DNA of 64,000 nucleotides from Bugula neritina (lineage: Eukaryota > Animalia > Bryozoa). Both the position numbers and the translations under genes were made by a program. Numbering within the stretch: the first letter of the stretch is position 1; every line of letters starts with the position of its first letter. The notes beneath the pieces are model-generated. The model searched no databases. It worked only from the letters and a program-made list of their open reading frames with translations, and was not told the DNA's origin. The stretch is taken from the NCBI GenBank assembly GCA_964035545.1, contig OZ037770.1, positions 12,016,442 through 12,080,441 of the forward strand, read 5' to 3'. This document shows positions 14,146 to 28,052 of this stretch, in pieces.

Positions 14146-15307
14146 ATGATGAACGCACATTACCTGCTCTGGTTTTGTATCGTCTTGGCTTGCTTCACTG
14201 CTTATACTCAAAGTTTGCATAAGGACAGGAGATTCCTTGGACAAAACTGGCGTGGCAACAGACGGCGCTCCGTTGGGAAGCTGTCAGCTGGTAGAACACA
14301 GTCTAGCAATTCAAAGACAGCTCAGTTCACTAAAAATGGAGTTAAACCAAATATTATATTTATCATGGCTGACGACCTGGGTATGTTTTGAAATTGCTTA
14401 ATGGTTTCATTATTTGACCCATTTGACTGATGTCTTTGTAAACTCTGGTAATTACAGTCAATGTATTCATAAAAACGCGTGCATAGAATGACAAGCAAGA
14501 TACTTTTTACTTAAAATGCTGTTAAGTATTTATAAATTACATAAGAATATTTAAAATAAATAAATATAGGCTATGAAATGTATCACAAACATTTTTTAGC
14601 TGTTTTTTAGATTTATTAAACTAAATTTTTAATAAATAGATCTTGGTAAATTACATTAATGGTTAATTTCTACATTAACTAAAGCTGTGGTTAAGAATAA
14701 TATTTTTACTGCGTGGAATGAATGAATCATTGCATGTAGAAAATGCAATCATTATATAGGCGAGACTTTTACATGGTAAAGTGATGTGCAGTAAAACATT
14801 GTTGTGGGAATATAGAGGCATAAAAGTGTTTACTCATTGCAGGATTATTGGTCACAAGAAGCTTAATCAAAACCACTGAGGTGCTTTTTCTACCATTTTT
14901 TAATAACTTTAAATTCTTATTTCTTACTAACACTGATTTTTTAAGCAAACAACTTAAGCATCTAGTCGCAAGTCATTTCAAGTATATAATTAGCATTTAA
15001 GTTAACACTGCAGTTGTTCTTTTGTTACTGGTTATAATAAAATTTTGCCATTAAACACACACACAGCACACACACACACGCACACGCACACGCACACGCA
15101 CACGCACACGCACACGCACACGCACACGCACACGCACACGCACACGCACACGCACACTGCACACTGCACACTGCACACTGCACACTGCACACTGCACACT
15201 GCACACTGCACACTGCACTGCACACTGCACACTGCACACTGCACACTGCACACTGCACACTGCACACTGCACACTGCACACTGCACACTGCACACTGCAC
15301 ACTGCAC

Positions 15308-15379
<72 letters not shown>

Positions 15380-18300
15380 CACGCGCACATTTGATTAATA
15401 TTTGTTGATTTTATGTTAACTGTTACTTTAAAGGTGGTTTAGTACTAAGCTGAATGGCTAATCTATAGATGTTAAAAATTTGGTAAATGGAGTTGAAGCA
15501 ATTAAAATTTTAACACAAATGATGAAAACCTAACCGCTTAAGCCATTATTAAGATAAACTTCTTTTCTTCAAATACTTGTAATTCACATTCAAATTTTTG
15601 CAGGTTTACAAAAATCTTTCTTATAAACTTAGTGAATTTAGCCGTCCTATAATTTGAACAAATTTCTGTCAATTTTTGATCTTTTGATTTTTGAAGCGTG
15701 TGCATATTTTCAAAATTACATTTTCTAGAGGCCTATGACCTAATAATTTTGGTAATTTGGCAATTAGAAATATATTACTGTTTCAATAACTCTAAGTTTT
15801 GGAGAGTAGATGTGGTCCAGCAATTAAAGCTAGTAAACATTAGGCGAGTGGTTATAAAGCTCAAACACTAGCAGTAATGTTAAAAAGAGCGTAATTTCTT
15901 TTGTCGCTTTAATAAGGACCTTTCCATTAGGGGTTCTTGCAGGGATGGTGACTATAAACTTGTGTGAGTTTTGTAGTCCTACGTTTTGGCAGTTTTGTAA
16001 ATTTTTGTAGCTCAATTAAACTTAGGCAACACCCATTGTTAAACTAGCAGAGGTCATTGATATTTAGATTAATGTGATTTATTTTATAGAAATTTCATTT
16101 CCACAGTTTATAGCCATAGCTGATCATAAATTTACCTGTCACATGTATCTGTAACTGATGCTACGGTGAAAATACGCTTGTGCTTAAATTTAAAGCCAAT
16201 GCATGCCATTTATGGATCCTAGCACAGAGTTTTCTTAGCAAACCTCTACAAACCTCCCATAACTTATACAACAAGCTTCTCTTCTTTGCATGAATTAACT
16301 TGCTAATAGATTATTAATTTTTTAATAACTTATCGCTTAAGTCTGAGCAAAGCCTGAAGACTAAAGTTTTATGTAGATGAAAAGGTTGCTGTATGATTAC
16401 GTTGGGGAACCACTCGACTTTTTCAAAATCCTCATCTAGATGGAACTCTAATTCTGCACTAGGGTTGCTGCTTTAGACAATCATTTATTGAATTAAACCC
16501 GGATTATCTCTCATTGTTTGATAGTATCAATAGAAAACCGTTTCCCAAAGCATCATTAACAGGATTGCAGTTAATAATGTATGTAATAAACTGTAATGGC
16601 TATTTTTGTTACACACCTGTCAGTTGAAAGAGTAGATAACCTTAGACACCTGTTATGTAATTAATGTTCCATATTATTATTCCATCCATCATGTGACTGC
16701 AGACAATATCACAAGTAGTTAACCTCATTGAAATCACCAACCATGTCTAAAAAATCATGCATGACTTTACCACAGATCGGTCATTTATTCGTTCTATAAA
16801 TAGTCATTGAAATGAGTCATGTAAATTGACTGTTTCCACCTGCAGGTTGGAATGATGTAGGCTTCCACAACAGACTTGTGAATACGCCCAATATTGATTG
16901 GTTGGCTAGGAATGGTATAGAGCTGACAGATGTGCATGCTTCACCACTATGCTCTCCGTGAGTACCCTGGAAGTATTCTTTTATTTCTGCTGTAAGCCTT
17001 ATTTTATAGTCTGCCTTTAGTGGAAAAGAATTACTACAATGATGCTGGTATTGAACTTCGTTACTGTTGCTAGGTAATCTTTACAATAAAACTTTATAGC
17101 AAGCAACGAATGAAAACCTTACAATTTTCCTCTTGGTTTTTATTTTTCTGTTCTCAATGGAGTGTTTTTGTAACTGGTAAAAGGCTAAATTGTTTTTAAG
17201 GTATTTTAAGATTAAAATTCAACCATTAAGTTTACCTAGGTTGCATCAGCATCACACAGTCTGGAACTACAAATTATCATAGTAAATTATCGTGGTACAT
17301 CAAGCTAAAAAAGAATTATCACACACCGGTAGCTTGCCTTTCAATCAACACAACTGAAAATGACATTTAGCTGTTTTAATGTTTTTAATTAAAAATTGAA
17401 TACAAGTACTTTTAAAACTGTATTATTTAAACTATAGTTTTATAAAAACAATTTATATTGTGTATATGCAACAACAATGAGCATTCACTTTGAGTTCATA
17501 TTGCGTTATTTGATTACAGTTAATATTGTGCATACTAATGACAATACTTATACATAATTATCAATATATCTGAGTATCAAGGTATGAGTCGCCATCACCA
17601 ATATTTCTAACTTTCCCACAGCTTATTTGTTTTGCATTTACTAAGCTGCCTTCCATTTAGGTAAAGGGGTAAAGAACTTTCAATATAGCCCAAGTTCACC
17701 AACTTTTATACTAAATTTTGGCTTAGGTGCCAGATTGAAATTCCATAACTGCTTTTGTTACTTTTTGAATCTATAACACAAGCTTCTTTCTATTAATACA
17801 ATCTCTTGCATTTACAGCCCTTTAGTAATATACTTGACCTTTGGTCGCAGCTTTACTTGCATCACTTTACAATATCTTAGAGTACACAGGCTATGTTATA
17901 TATATAGTCACTCTGCTTTAAGCTTTACCTTACCTTTGCCCCAACAAGTATCTTTGATAGCAATTCATTGTAAAACTATTGAAATCAAGTAATTTGACAT
18001 AAACTTTGGTTCCATTGCTTCGAAATCCATACATTTTCAAGTTTCGAATAGATTTTTCATGTTTAGGAGCAGTTGCATCGAATGAGACCACAAATATAGA
18101 AGTTGATGCAAAACAGCAACTACATATTTATTCAAAGCAGAGTAAACACAGTGATTATCTATAACATATTATTGCCCTTAGAGTAATTGACTTTATAGAC
18201 TAATCTTTAATTATATTACATAGAAAATGTTAACCTTTTAATAATAAACTTATATGTTTGGTTCTTAGGCCTACAGACAAGTTGTGCCCACAGCTCTGTC

Positions 18301-20566
18301 TTAGGTGTTAAATATGTGGCAAAATTATGCGCTATAGTTGTTGTTATATATAAGCAAAATAATTTGACAGTTTGACATGGTAGAGTTAGAGTGTAATAAC
18401 TCAGGACCTAAGATGTTATAGGCCAAGAGAAAATACTATAAAGTGAAATGCCAGTAAAGATTCACCGAAACATCAGCCTAGTTCACTGCGATCACTTTTG
18501 AATTACACCTGCTTATGCAAAATAAATCTAGTTATGCAGTTAAATCTTTAAACACTGCTAGGGTTAGGTACGTGGGAGGATTTAGACTAACAGTGTAGGA
18601 TATAATGTTATGTTGCTATGTAAAGTAAGCTGTGTGTAATTGCTGTGGCTTTATAACAAGGGATATTCTCTATCTTATAAACATAATCCCAAGATAACAC
18701 CATGACCTTAATACTGCAATTAACATTACCCATAACCCGGTCAAGTTGGTAACTGCTCGTAATGTTAGGTTTACCTAGTATAGTCCTTGTGGTGTGATGG
18801 TATCACGCCTGGGTGCAAGCCCTGGGTTCAGGGTTTGAATTCCAGTGCAGCAAAAGTTTTATAGCTAATGAATCTACTTGTAGATCTCGGGCTTCTCTAC
18901 TCACAGGCAAATATCCCTCAAACAATGGATTGCAGGTAAGTTTCTCTCAGATAGTTTGTAGTACACTTGCTAGGGTTGGTAAGAACTTTATTGCTGATTA
19001 GTGTCTTCACTGAGTTGGAAGAATATTTATTATCAAAACTAACCAAGGGCTTTCTATTTGATAAAGCATTATGCAAGGGCTAAAACACTTTATGCAAGAA
19101 CGTATATAAAGTAAGGGGCATTTAGAAAACGATATAAATTTTTTTGATACAGCTTTTTTCTAGCTTTTCTTTGATTATATTTATCTCTATTGACAGAATA
19201 ACAATATGTTCTCTCATTGACATAACGAAATTCACAACTTGACTTAACAGCTAAATTGAATTTCTTTGGTAACAACATTTTAGTTCCGTTAAAAGAAAAA
19301 AAATATGTTGAAGGATTTTGTCATTTCAGCAACTTGTGATGTTGGAACAAAGTAAAAGTTGTCTTCCCTTGGAACATAAAATTTTACCACAATATCTCAA
19401 AGAAGCTGGATATACGACTAAGATGGTAGGCAAGTGAGTTTTCTGACGTTCAAATATTCTTGATAGCTATAAAAACTATAATATACTTCTTGTATATGAT
19501 AACAAATTGTATACACTATATTTTGTTATACATATAGTATAATTAGGTACATAATCTCTACTATGTGCTATCCACTGGATCATATTATGATATTATAATA
19601 TACTATAATATACCACATTATATAAATTCTATATTGCATACATTATATGTGATGCACTATAGACTATGAGTTATATAGTATGTGATAATGTATATATTAC
19701 ATAATACACACTATGGGATACATAAGGTGGTTATAATATGTACCCTGCATTTATTCTATATATACTAGAGACCATACACTATTAACTTCTATATATATTA
19801 TTTACAGCATGTACAATAAGCTAAGTGCTTTAGAAGTTGTAATATATACGATATTGTATACTCTTTATTAAATACATGGTGTACTGTTTATTATATTACA
19901 TGTTAGTGATATATAATATACACTATATTATGCTAAATGCAATCAATATAATTTAACTTAAAGGAGTTTTATTAAACAGTACTTTCTCATTTTTCAGAGT
20001 TACATAAATTTGGTTGCCAAAATTTGAAATATTCTCATAGTAACATAACATAACTCATATAAAAACAATATTATTTACTATTTATTTTAAAAACCCATGA
20101 GAACAAAGTTACAGCAATTAATGCATGAACTTGTTATAGTTTACACTTGAGTCTCCTATATCTACATTCATGTTATATAACTATTGTTTTAGATGGCATT
20201 TAGGAAGTTGCAGCAAAAGATGTCTTCCCACACACAGAGGTTTTGACGAGTTTAGGGGAATTCTTGAGAACCAGGCCAGCTACTTCAATTGGAGTATGAC
20301 TTAAAAGATTAAATACTTTCTTATCAAAAATTAAAATACATAATCATTCAGCTAATTATCTATCGCAGTGACACTAAAGAGCTTTATTAAGCTAAACTAA
20401 AGCTAAACTAAACTTTATTAAACTAAAGCTTTATTAAACTATTTACAAATTTATCCATGGGAGCATTTTATTCAAAGCAATGGAAATGCAGTGATCGCGT
20501 TAGCTATGGGTGAAATATTTTATGTAGGTTATACCAGTCGTACATATTTACTTATCTATCGGTAAT

Positions 20567-20612
<46 letters not shown>

Positions 20613-23600
20613 AAACACACACACACACAAACACACACACAAACACACACACAAACACACACACAAACACACACACAAACGCACACACAAACGCACACAC
20701 AAACGCACACACAAACGCACACACAAACGCACACACAAACGCACACACAAACACGCACACAAACACGCACACACACACACTCGCATCACACGCATCATTC
20801 ACACATCTCAATCTGTCTACAGAGGTGTACATATATATTACACTTTCAAAAACAGTTTTTTACACAGGAATTAATATTTTAGCATATCTGGGTGTGATGA
20901 ACAGGATGGAGGGTGATGAGCCGTCAACAAGAAACATTGGCACTCATCTTACAGTAAGTTAGTTGTCATGGTAACATATAAAACATACTCTTTAACTTCC
21001 TTCTCATTTAATGCATATAATCTACTTGTGTGGTAGAATTGCCCACCCAAGTAGATTATAACTTCCTTTTACGAATTTGTGTAATAAGATAAATGATTGT
21101 ACTATGTGAATAAAAGCACATTTTTAGTGCAATAGATATATCAACAGTTTGTTAGTTTTTGGTAAAGTTGAAATTTGGTACTCCTTATATTCATCTAATA
21201 ATATAGTATTATGAGCATTACTAGATAAAAGTGTGCAGTTATAGATTATGACGAGAGCTATTAAGTCTTATTGTGCTTATATTATTGTACAAAATCCACT
21301 CAAATCTATGTAAAATTATACAGAAGTTTTGTATTTATTTCTATTTTACTTTCACCATAATTTTGTATATGGTTTGTATACGGTTTGATGCAAAATATGT
21401 TTTCTTTTGTCAAAAATTGAATATATTAACATTCTAATGTTATTCAAAAGATATTTAACTGTGTTTTAAGGACTGTGTATAAAGCCTAATTATTTTTATA
21501 GCCAAAACAATTCAACTAAGCTTTTGGAGTTGCTAATATAGATAAATAAAATATTTATAACTATAGGTTGATCATAACTGTATAGTCTAACTAACAATTG
21601 TTCTTTTTAACAGCAATAGGAAAATATTTTCAATATTTCATAGATTCAGCATCAGCTAGACACTGAAGAAATGATTCTGGCTCACAACAAAAACAAGTCA
21701 CCTTTATTCATGTATATATCCCCAATGGCAGTACATCAACCATTAGAGGTGAATATAAAACTGTATTTGAGAGTTATGCTCCTATTTAAGAGTTGTGCTA
21801 TTTATGTGGAAATGCAAGCTGTCACAGGATTTTTAATTTAACAAAAATTGTGATGTTTATTAACAGCCTTTAATAAAAATGGTATATGTAAACTTTGATT
21901 AAAACTAGATTTATTTATATCATCAGATATTGTTTGTTTTTCAAAGTTACATAACAGCAGCAGCTGACTTTTGAACTGGTAATTTGTTACATCTTATGAC
22001 AACATAACAAGTATATAAACTGCAAAATTAATATATTTTATCAAAATCATTTTTATTGTAGTTTAGAAATTATGTATTTGCATACATACACAGTGCATCA
22101 CAAGATTTACTATGAAAACATTTTAACAAGTGCTGAGAATTTTCTTTTTATATACTTATCCTTGGATCCACTAACTCTTGCCACCAACACAACACTAAAG
22201 AGACATAACATGTTTGTCTGTTTTTGTGACAATTTTCTTGAAGATTTACTTTTTACTGAAACATTAAAACTTGAAAAGACATGTGCTTTACTCCTTATTC
22301 ACAATTTCTTTTTCTTCCTCAGTTATAGGCTATAATTGAGAAACAATAAAAGCAATGTATGTTTCATTACTTTAAAAATAGTATCAGATAAGGATAAAGC
22401 CCACATTTTATTCAAATTTGTGTTAGTATTTAATACAGAGTATAGCAAAGAGCACTAACCATGTTTTAGAAGTAGTAATCTCTTCTTAAATATTCTTTTT
22501 AGGTGACCAATGACTTGTTCAACAGACATAGCTTTTTAAATTCTAACAACCCTCGAGAAAACCAGAGAAGAAAATTTTTAGGTACGGTCGTTTCACTTCA
22601 TATAGCTGTGATAAATATGTTACCCCATAATATATAATTTTTATAAATATGTAAATTGCAACTATAATAATAGTTGAAATTTACATACATTATTTATTAG
22701 TATCTATTTTATATTTTAGTCTTTATTTTATTATATTTTGCATTTATTTATTACAATAATGTTTTATCGAACCTGTTTTATTTAAATATCGCATAGAGTG
22801 CGCATTTTGTTATTAAACGAAGCTTTAGCTACTGAATGTTTGCCAAAATTGAACCAAATTTTTATACACAATATAGCTGTTATCCCCTATATCACTGTAT
22901 ATTGGCCGTATAGAGCTTTGAGTGGTATATCATTCTCTAAGAGTGGATAGAACTATGCTCACACGTACATATGTACATATTATACACATATAAGTACGCA
23001 CATACATACCTGTACTATAAGTACATGTTACTCCACTATACATCAGGTTTAGTAGCTGCAGTAGACGATCTTGTTGGAGCCACCATTCGTGCACTGAAGA
23101 AAATCAAACAATACAAAAACTCTATCATAGTCTTCACATCAGACGTAAGTTATGTTTTTTAGTATTATATTACCTTCTCTTGTAAAGTTTTTTGTAATCA
23201 GAATTTTGGTACTCCATATGCTAGCCGAGGCTAACTTTTGATTTAATCATTGTATAACGAAAGAAATGTCTTTCTGATTCTGATACTATATGTATGCTAG
23301 CAAACACTAAACTTATATTAGAAATAATCAAGAAGACTTATGTTAATAGAATGGTGGAGCATCCGGAGATTTGAATTTCCGAGCTCCTTTTACGTTTCAA
23401 AGTTTTGGTAACAACTACCCGCTACGAGGAGGGAAGACATCTTTTTATGAAGGAGGTACAAAATCCCCAACCATTTTTTTCAAGCCAGGCCTTCCCAACT
23501 CTGTTAGGGGCTCTAAAAGGGACTTCCTCATGCATATAACAGACTGGATGCCCACACTTCTAGACCTGGCTGGTTTGCCAATCAGAATGAGTAAGCAACG

Positions 23601-24599
23601 TTATATAACAAGTATAATATATATATAAATATGTCATTACACACACTATACTATTCTATAAAACACAGGGGACTTCTATATACTATATAATATAATGCAA
23701 TACAAGATATGTATATCATATGACATGTGGCATAAAATATAAAATATCTTTATAGTTCTATAATGTAATATATATATTTTTTTATCTTAGAATGTAGCAT
23801 TACATATAATAACGCATCATAAGTTATATATTATGTATATAAAATGTATTGAATATACAGTAATATATACCCAATATTACGTACTGTGCTATATATTATA
23901 TATCACACATTGTATCTTTCATATTATATGATGCATGTATATAATATTACATTATCATAATATAATTCGTGAAACATAATATGCTAAATAATGTTATATA
24001 TTGAGTAATATAAATTTTGATTACATAAAGCACCAAAGTACAAACCAAATCTATCCCAAACCAAACCAAGCCAACATATTCTGTAAGAAAAATAACGCCA
24101 TGAAGTTTATTTTCCTTTCAAGTAAATGTTATATGTATTTCTGTTCTCAGTTTTCAGTGTCAAGATTTTTAGATCGGTTGAAATGATTAAGTCTACTAAA
24201 TATTATTTGTAGAACAATTTATAGCAAATAGAATTGTTCTGTAGATAATAAGATAGATGGTATAAGTCAAAGCAAAAACTTAAAGACTAGCTACAAGTCA
24301 AGAAACAAGTATTCAGTGAGATCTGAGCAGCTGATTGGTTTAACTGATTACACCTCACCTCAACTGACATCTGTGTGTAGTGACGCCGACACCGCTTACA
24401 GGTGCTTGTTTATGACTATCTGTTGCTACTGCTGCTACTACTACTGCTGCTACTACTGCTGCTGTTGTTACTACTATTGCTACTGATACTACTGCTGCTG
24501 CTACTGCTACTACTGCTACTACTGCTACTACTGCTACTGCTACTACTGCTGCTACTACTACTGCTGCTGCTACTGCTACTACTGCTACTACTGCTACTG

Positions 24600-24652
<53 letters not shown>

Positions 24653-26183
24653 GCGACTACTACTGTTACTACTACTGCTGCTACTACTACTACTACTATT
24701 ACTATATACTGCGACTACTACTGTTACTACTACTGCTACTGCTACTACTACTGCTACTACTACTACTACTGCTTCTACTGCCACTACAATAGTAATAAAA
24801 GTGACTAAGTATTAAAAGAGCAATTGCATACATGATATCATAAAATAGAATGAAATAAAAAACCGGTGTTACTACATAATCTCACTTAAGGTGAGAATTG
24901 TCTGCAAAACATTATATAAATTTCTGTACATTTAATGCATTTAAACTATTGTTAAAAAATGTATAGCAAAGTTGGTATGTCTCATTTCTAATAGTATTAA
25001 AGTGATTTTCAAATAGTTCTGTGCAGCTAAAACATTCTCACTGTCTTTTTAATGCATTTATTGAAAAGATGGAGAGATTGGAAACTGATATATGGAAACG
25101 TTGCCTCAGGGGTGGTACCAGAAGTCGCTGGCATGTGGGTGGAGCCAATAGAAAACTCAAATGTCAGAGCAATAACTGGAGACTCGTGTATGAGAAGAGA
25201 CAGTACCGGAAATATGGTTGCTCGGTGTCTTTTTAACCTTAAAGGTAGTTTTCTGGCAAACTCTGCATGTTCCTATCACCTCGAATGAGTATATACAGAT
25301 GAACTACATTAGAATGGTTTACGTTAACTTATGGTTGGGGGTTTCATTTAATGCAACTGTTTCCCAAACTCGAATAAAAAATCTATTTGCATAATGCAAA
25401 GCAATGAGAACGTAGAGATAAATGACTAAAATTTTTTTCTTAAAATCTGTTGCAGCGTCTCAAGTTTGTAAAATATATTATTGAAAAAAAATCAACATGG
25501 GCTTATAGTAGCCATTCCTGTAAAACAAATAATGAAAAGGTTTTTAGGTGGGCTGAAGACTAAGTCTTGTTGTCTATCGCCAGAAAGAGACAATGATAGC
25601 TAAAAGCTTTTCGTATAGCATCACCAATGGCTCTTACTTAAATTTTGAACTAATGACCTTGTGTTTACTAAGCCAGTACTATAACCACTGGAACAATGGT
25701 AGCTCCACAACAATGTTCCATTATAATAATCAAAATAATATTGATGTATATATAGCGCTTTTTTCATATCCTTTCAATACCCTTCTAAAAACATACCTAT
25801 AAGCACAAATAACTAGCTCCAATGAATCATTTACAATTAAAATAATATGAGGCAATGCAGTGATTTGTAAATACAACTTAATACTTAAAAAGTGCTAATA
25901 TGTCATTATCTTTTTGATTACTTTTATTGTTTTGTTTATTGTTTCAGATGACCCACTTGAGCAGAGAAACTTGTTTGATGCAAAACCAGGCATCGTTCGA
26001 CGACTACTAAAAAAAATTAACCATTTTAAAAGAATTAGTGTAGAAAATGTATTCGCCATTCCAATCGGAGTGACTCCAAGGACTACTAGAAGTTTTGGCT
26101 CCTACACGGTTCCTCGGTTTGATTTCTGCGCTCCTGTGATTGACTTTCCTTTACAGCCTCGCAATGCTAGTTGCAATACTTAA
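14146..26183 (+). CDS. Arylsulfatase B/I/J-like formylglycine-dependent sulfatase, 588 aa, 13 exons
   Basis: Exons 14146-14380, 16846-16957, 18884-18935, 19330-19433, 20193-20293, 20883-20953, 21644-21748, 22503-22581, 23047-23144, 23350-23590, 24245-24401, 25069-25244, 25948-26183 (1767 nt, open frame). Signal peptide; [20 protein letters not shown]; TPNID; [13 protein letters not shown] (FGly motif, split by intron 2); VGKWHLG; PTHRGFD; AVHQPL; FTSDNGG; [12 protein letters not shown]; HITDWMPTL; [14 protein letters not shown] at 26260-26265. Confidence 0.93.
15055..15389. repeat. Compound microsatellite (CACACG)n-(CACACTG)n-(CA)n in sulfatase intron 1
   Basis: Read directly from sequence. 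Confidence 0.97.
18783..18852 (+). mobile_element. Degenerate tRNA-like / SINE head in sulfatase intron 2
   Basis: TGGTGTGATGG (A-box-like) and GGTTTGAATTCC (B-box-like) at tRNA-like spacing. No intact cloverleaf seen. Confidence 0.35.
20572..20780. repeat. CA-rich compound microsatellite (CA)n/(CACACAAACGCA)n
   Basis: Read directly from sequence. Confidence 0.96.
24420..24790. repeat. (CTA/CTG)n trinucleotide tract in sulfatase intron 11
   Basis: Begins about 20 bp after the exon-11 donor; source of the poly-L and poly-S ORFs. Confidence 0.97.
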
Positions 26184-27974
26184 AATGACTTGTAGAACTT
26201 GAGATTAAGTAACTATTCCCTATTACCATATATATATGAACAATCAATATTATAAAAGCAATAAACTTTGAGCCACACAAACTTTATAAAATATTTATAT
26301 TTCTTGAGCAATTTTTGACTAAATTTCTCAATGTGTATGTGTTAATGGCAGCAACTGCAGTTGAGTGATGGCTTAATAATATATACCTAAAATATTTTAA
26401 TATAATATTATGTCTATATTACCTAAAAAATTTATAAATTGCTAAAATATATGATTTTTATGAGTGTACGCATAATTAGGAAAAGTTAATTTAAGCTATT
26501 TAATGGTTGCATGATATCTAATACATGTATAACTTTTTATAGAATGTATTTTAAGATACCAGCTTTGCATGATAAGATAACTCTTTTCAAAGGTGATCAG
26601 GTGTTGGAGTTATCATCTCTTTCTACTCTTTTTGTATTGAGATTATGTAGAGAAATCCCTCTGGGATGGCAGTGACAGTAGGATAAATAAAATGTTGGAA
26701 ACTATTATTAGTTTGCGATCAGGTTAATTTCTAACTGGCTATAGCAACTTAACCATTGGCTAACTTGAAATTCTTTAAAAAATATATCATTTTATATGGT
26801 AGATTGACCTTTTACATGTGATGATTGTACATTGTTGTCTATTTTTCTGTTGTATTTTATGAAAACACACCAGTTTTGCTTTTCACTATTACTATAGAAG
26901 TCTTTTGGTTTGAAATAATATAAAATCAAAATAGACATATAAGTTTTAAAATTATTCATAATTTAATGCCTATAATCGTGACTCACCCTCGCACTCAAAC
27001 ACACAATGCCCACAACAAATGCTCACACATGCAATTAAAATTTAGTTTTATGAAGTATAAAATATCTAACTACAGTTTTTGTTTATCAACTGTGTAAAAT
27101 ATAACTGCGATATCAGTTCTCTATAGAACAAGTAAAGCCATATAACTAAACTGCGCCAGTACGATGCTTTTCTACTGATGATGTAAACATTTTGGTGAGA
27201 TTATGTTAATACATATTCCATCACACCTACAATATTTTCTATTATATATATTTCATAAAACTTATACGGTTGGTAATTAAATTTTTTCCAATTGCAAAAA
27301 CAACTTTGATGATAATTAATTAGCTATTGTATAACGTTTTGTGGAAACAAGCAAAATTAAACCCCTGCAGATTTTGAAAAATAGTCATAAGCTTAGCCGG
27401 TGTAGCTAATGTTTGAAGCACTAACAGTTATTTCGTTTTATATAAATTACCTAGCTGTATGATATAATAAAGTTTTCAATAAAACTAACTTATAAATATA
27501 TTTTAAACAAATAATATCTGGCTGAAAGCCTATACAATACAGCTTGTCTTAGCGTCAGAAATGCTTGCCTGAAAATTGATTTTGAAGATACACAAAGCTC
27601 GCCTAGATAGTTTTGTGTTGAAGAATATAATACTTTAGCAGAGTTATTTTTAACTGCAAGCCTTTTTCTATTTTCAAATTACAAAGTTCATTATCCTAGA
27701 TTAAAGAATTTTATCAAAATGGTAGTTTGATTAGTTTCCTTTTATTAAAATTTCAAGTACTTTTTTTTTCTTTAATGTTGCTCGCTTAAAATCCTCTATT
27801 TTCTGAAATAAAATGATTGCAACAAATATGAAGTGTTTTTAAATAAATAATATATTTTAAAAGAATTAAATCAAAAGCATAATATTTGTGCCACACTATT
27901 CAAAAGTCTAGAATCATTATATTTGTAATGATATACTCTACAGATATTATGTAAAATAAAATAGAGTTTGCTCA

Positions 27975-28002
27975 GTTATGTAATATTGGGTTTAGCTATA
28001 AA
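27975..28002 (+). promoter_or_regulatory. Lectin-1 promoter: RTTAYGTAAY bZIP site plus TATAAA
   Basis: GTTATGTAAT at 27975-27984 and TATAAA at 27997-28002, about 50 bp before ATG 28053. Same arrangement at 35304/35326 and 39143/39165. Confidence 0.45.
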
Positions 28003-28052
28003 CAACTTTCTCTCTGCTATAGATTTACTTGGCTGCTAGAAAAAAGAAAGAA

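Noticed and set aside
15025-15398. Cys/Val- or His/Thr-rich ORFs (also 20548-20832, 34067-34315)
   Set aside because: CA/GT microsatellite translations in introns or intergenic DNA; not metallothioneins.
18783-18852. Functional tRNA gene
   Set aside because: A/B-box-like motifs are present but acceptor and anticodon stems do not pair convincingly.
24402-24815. Poly-Leu and poly-Ser ORFs
   Set aside because: Trinucleotide tract within sulfatase intron 11.
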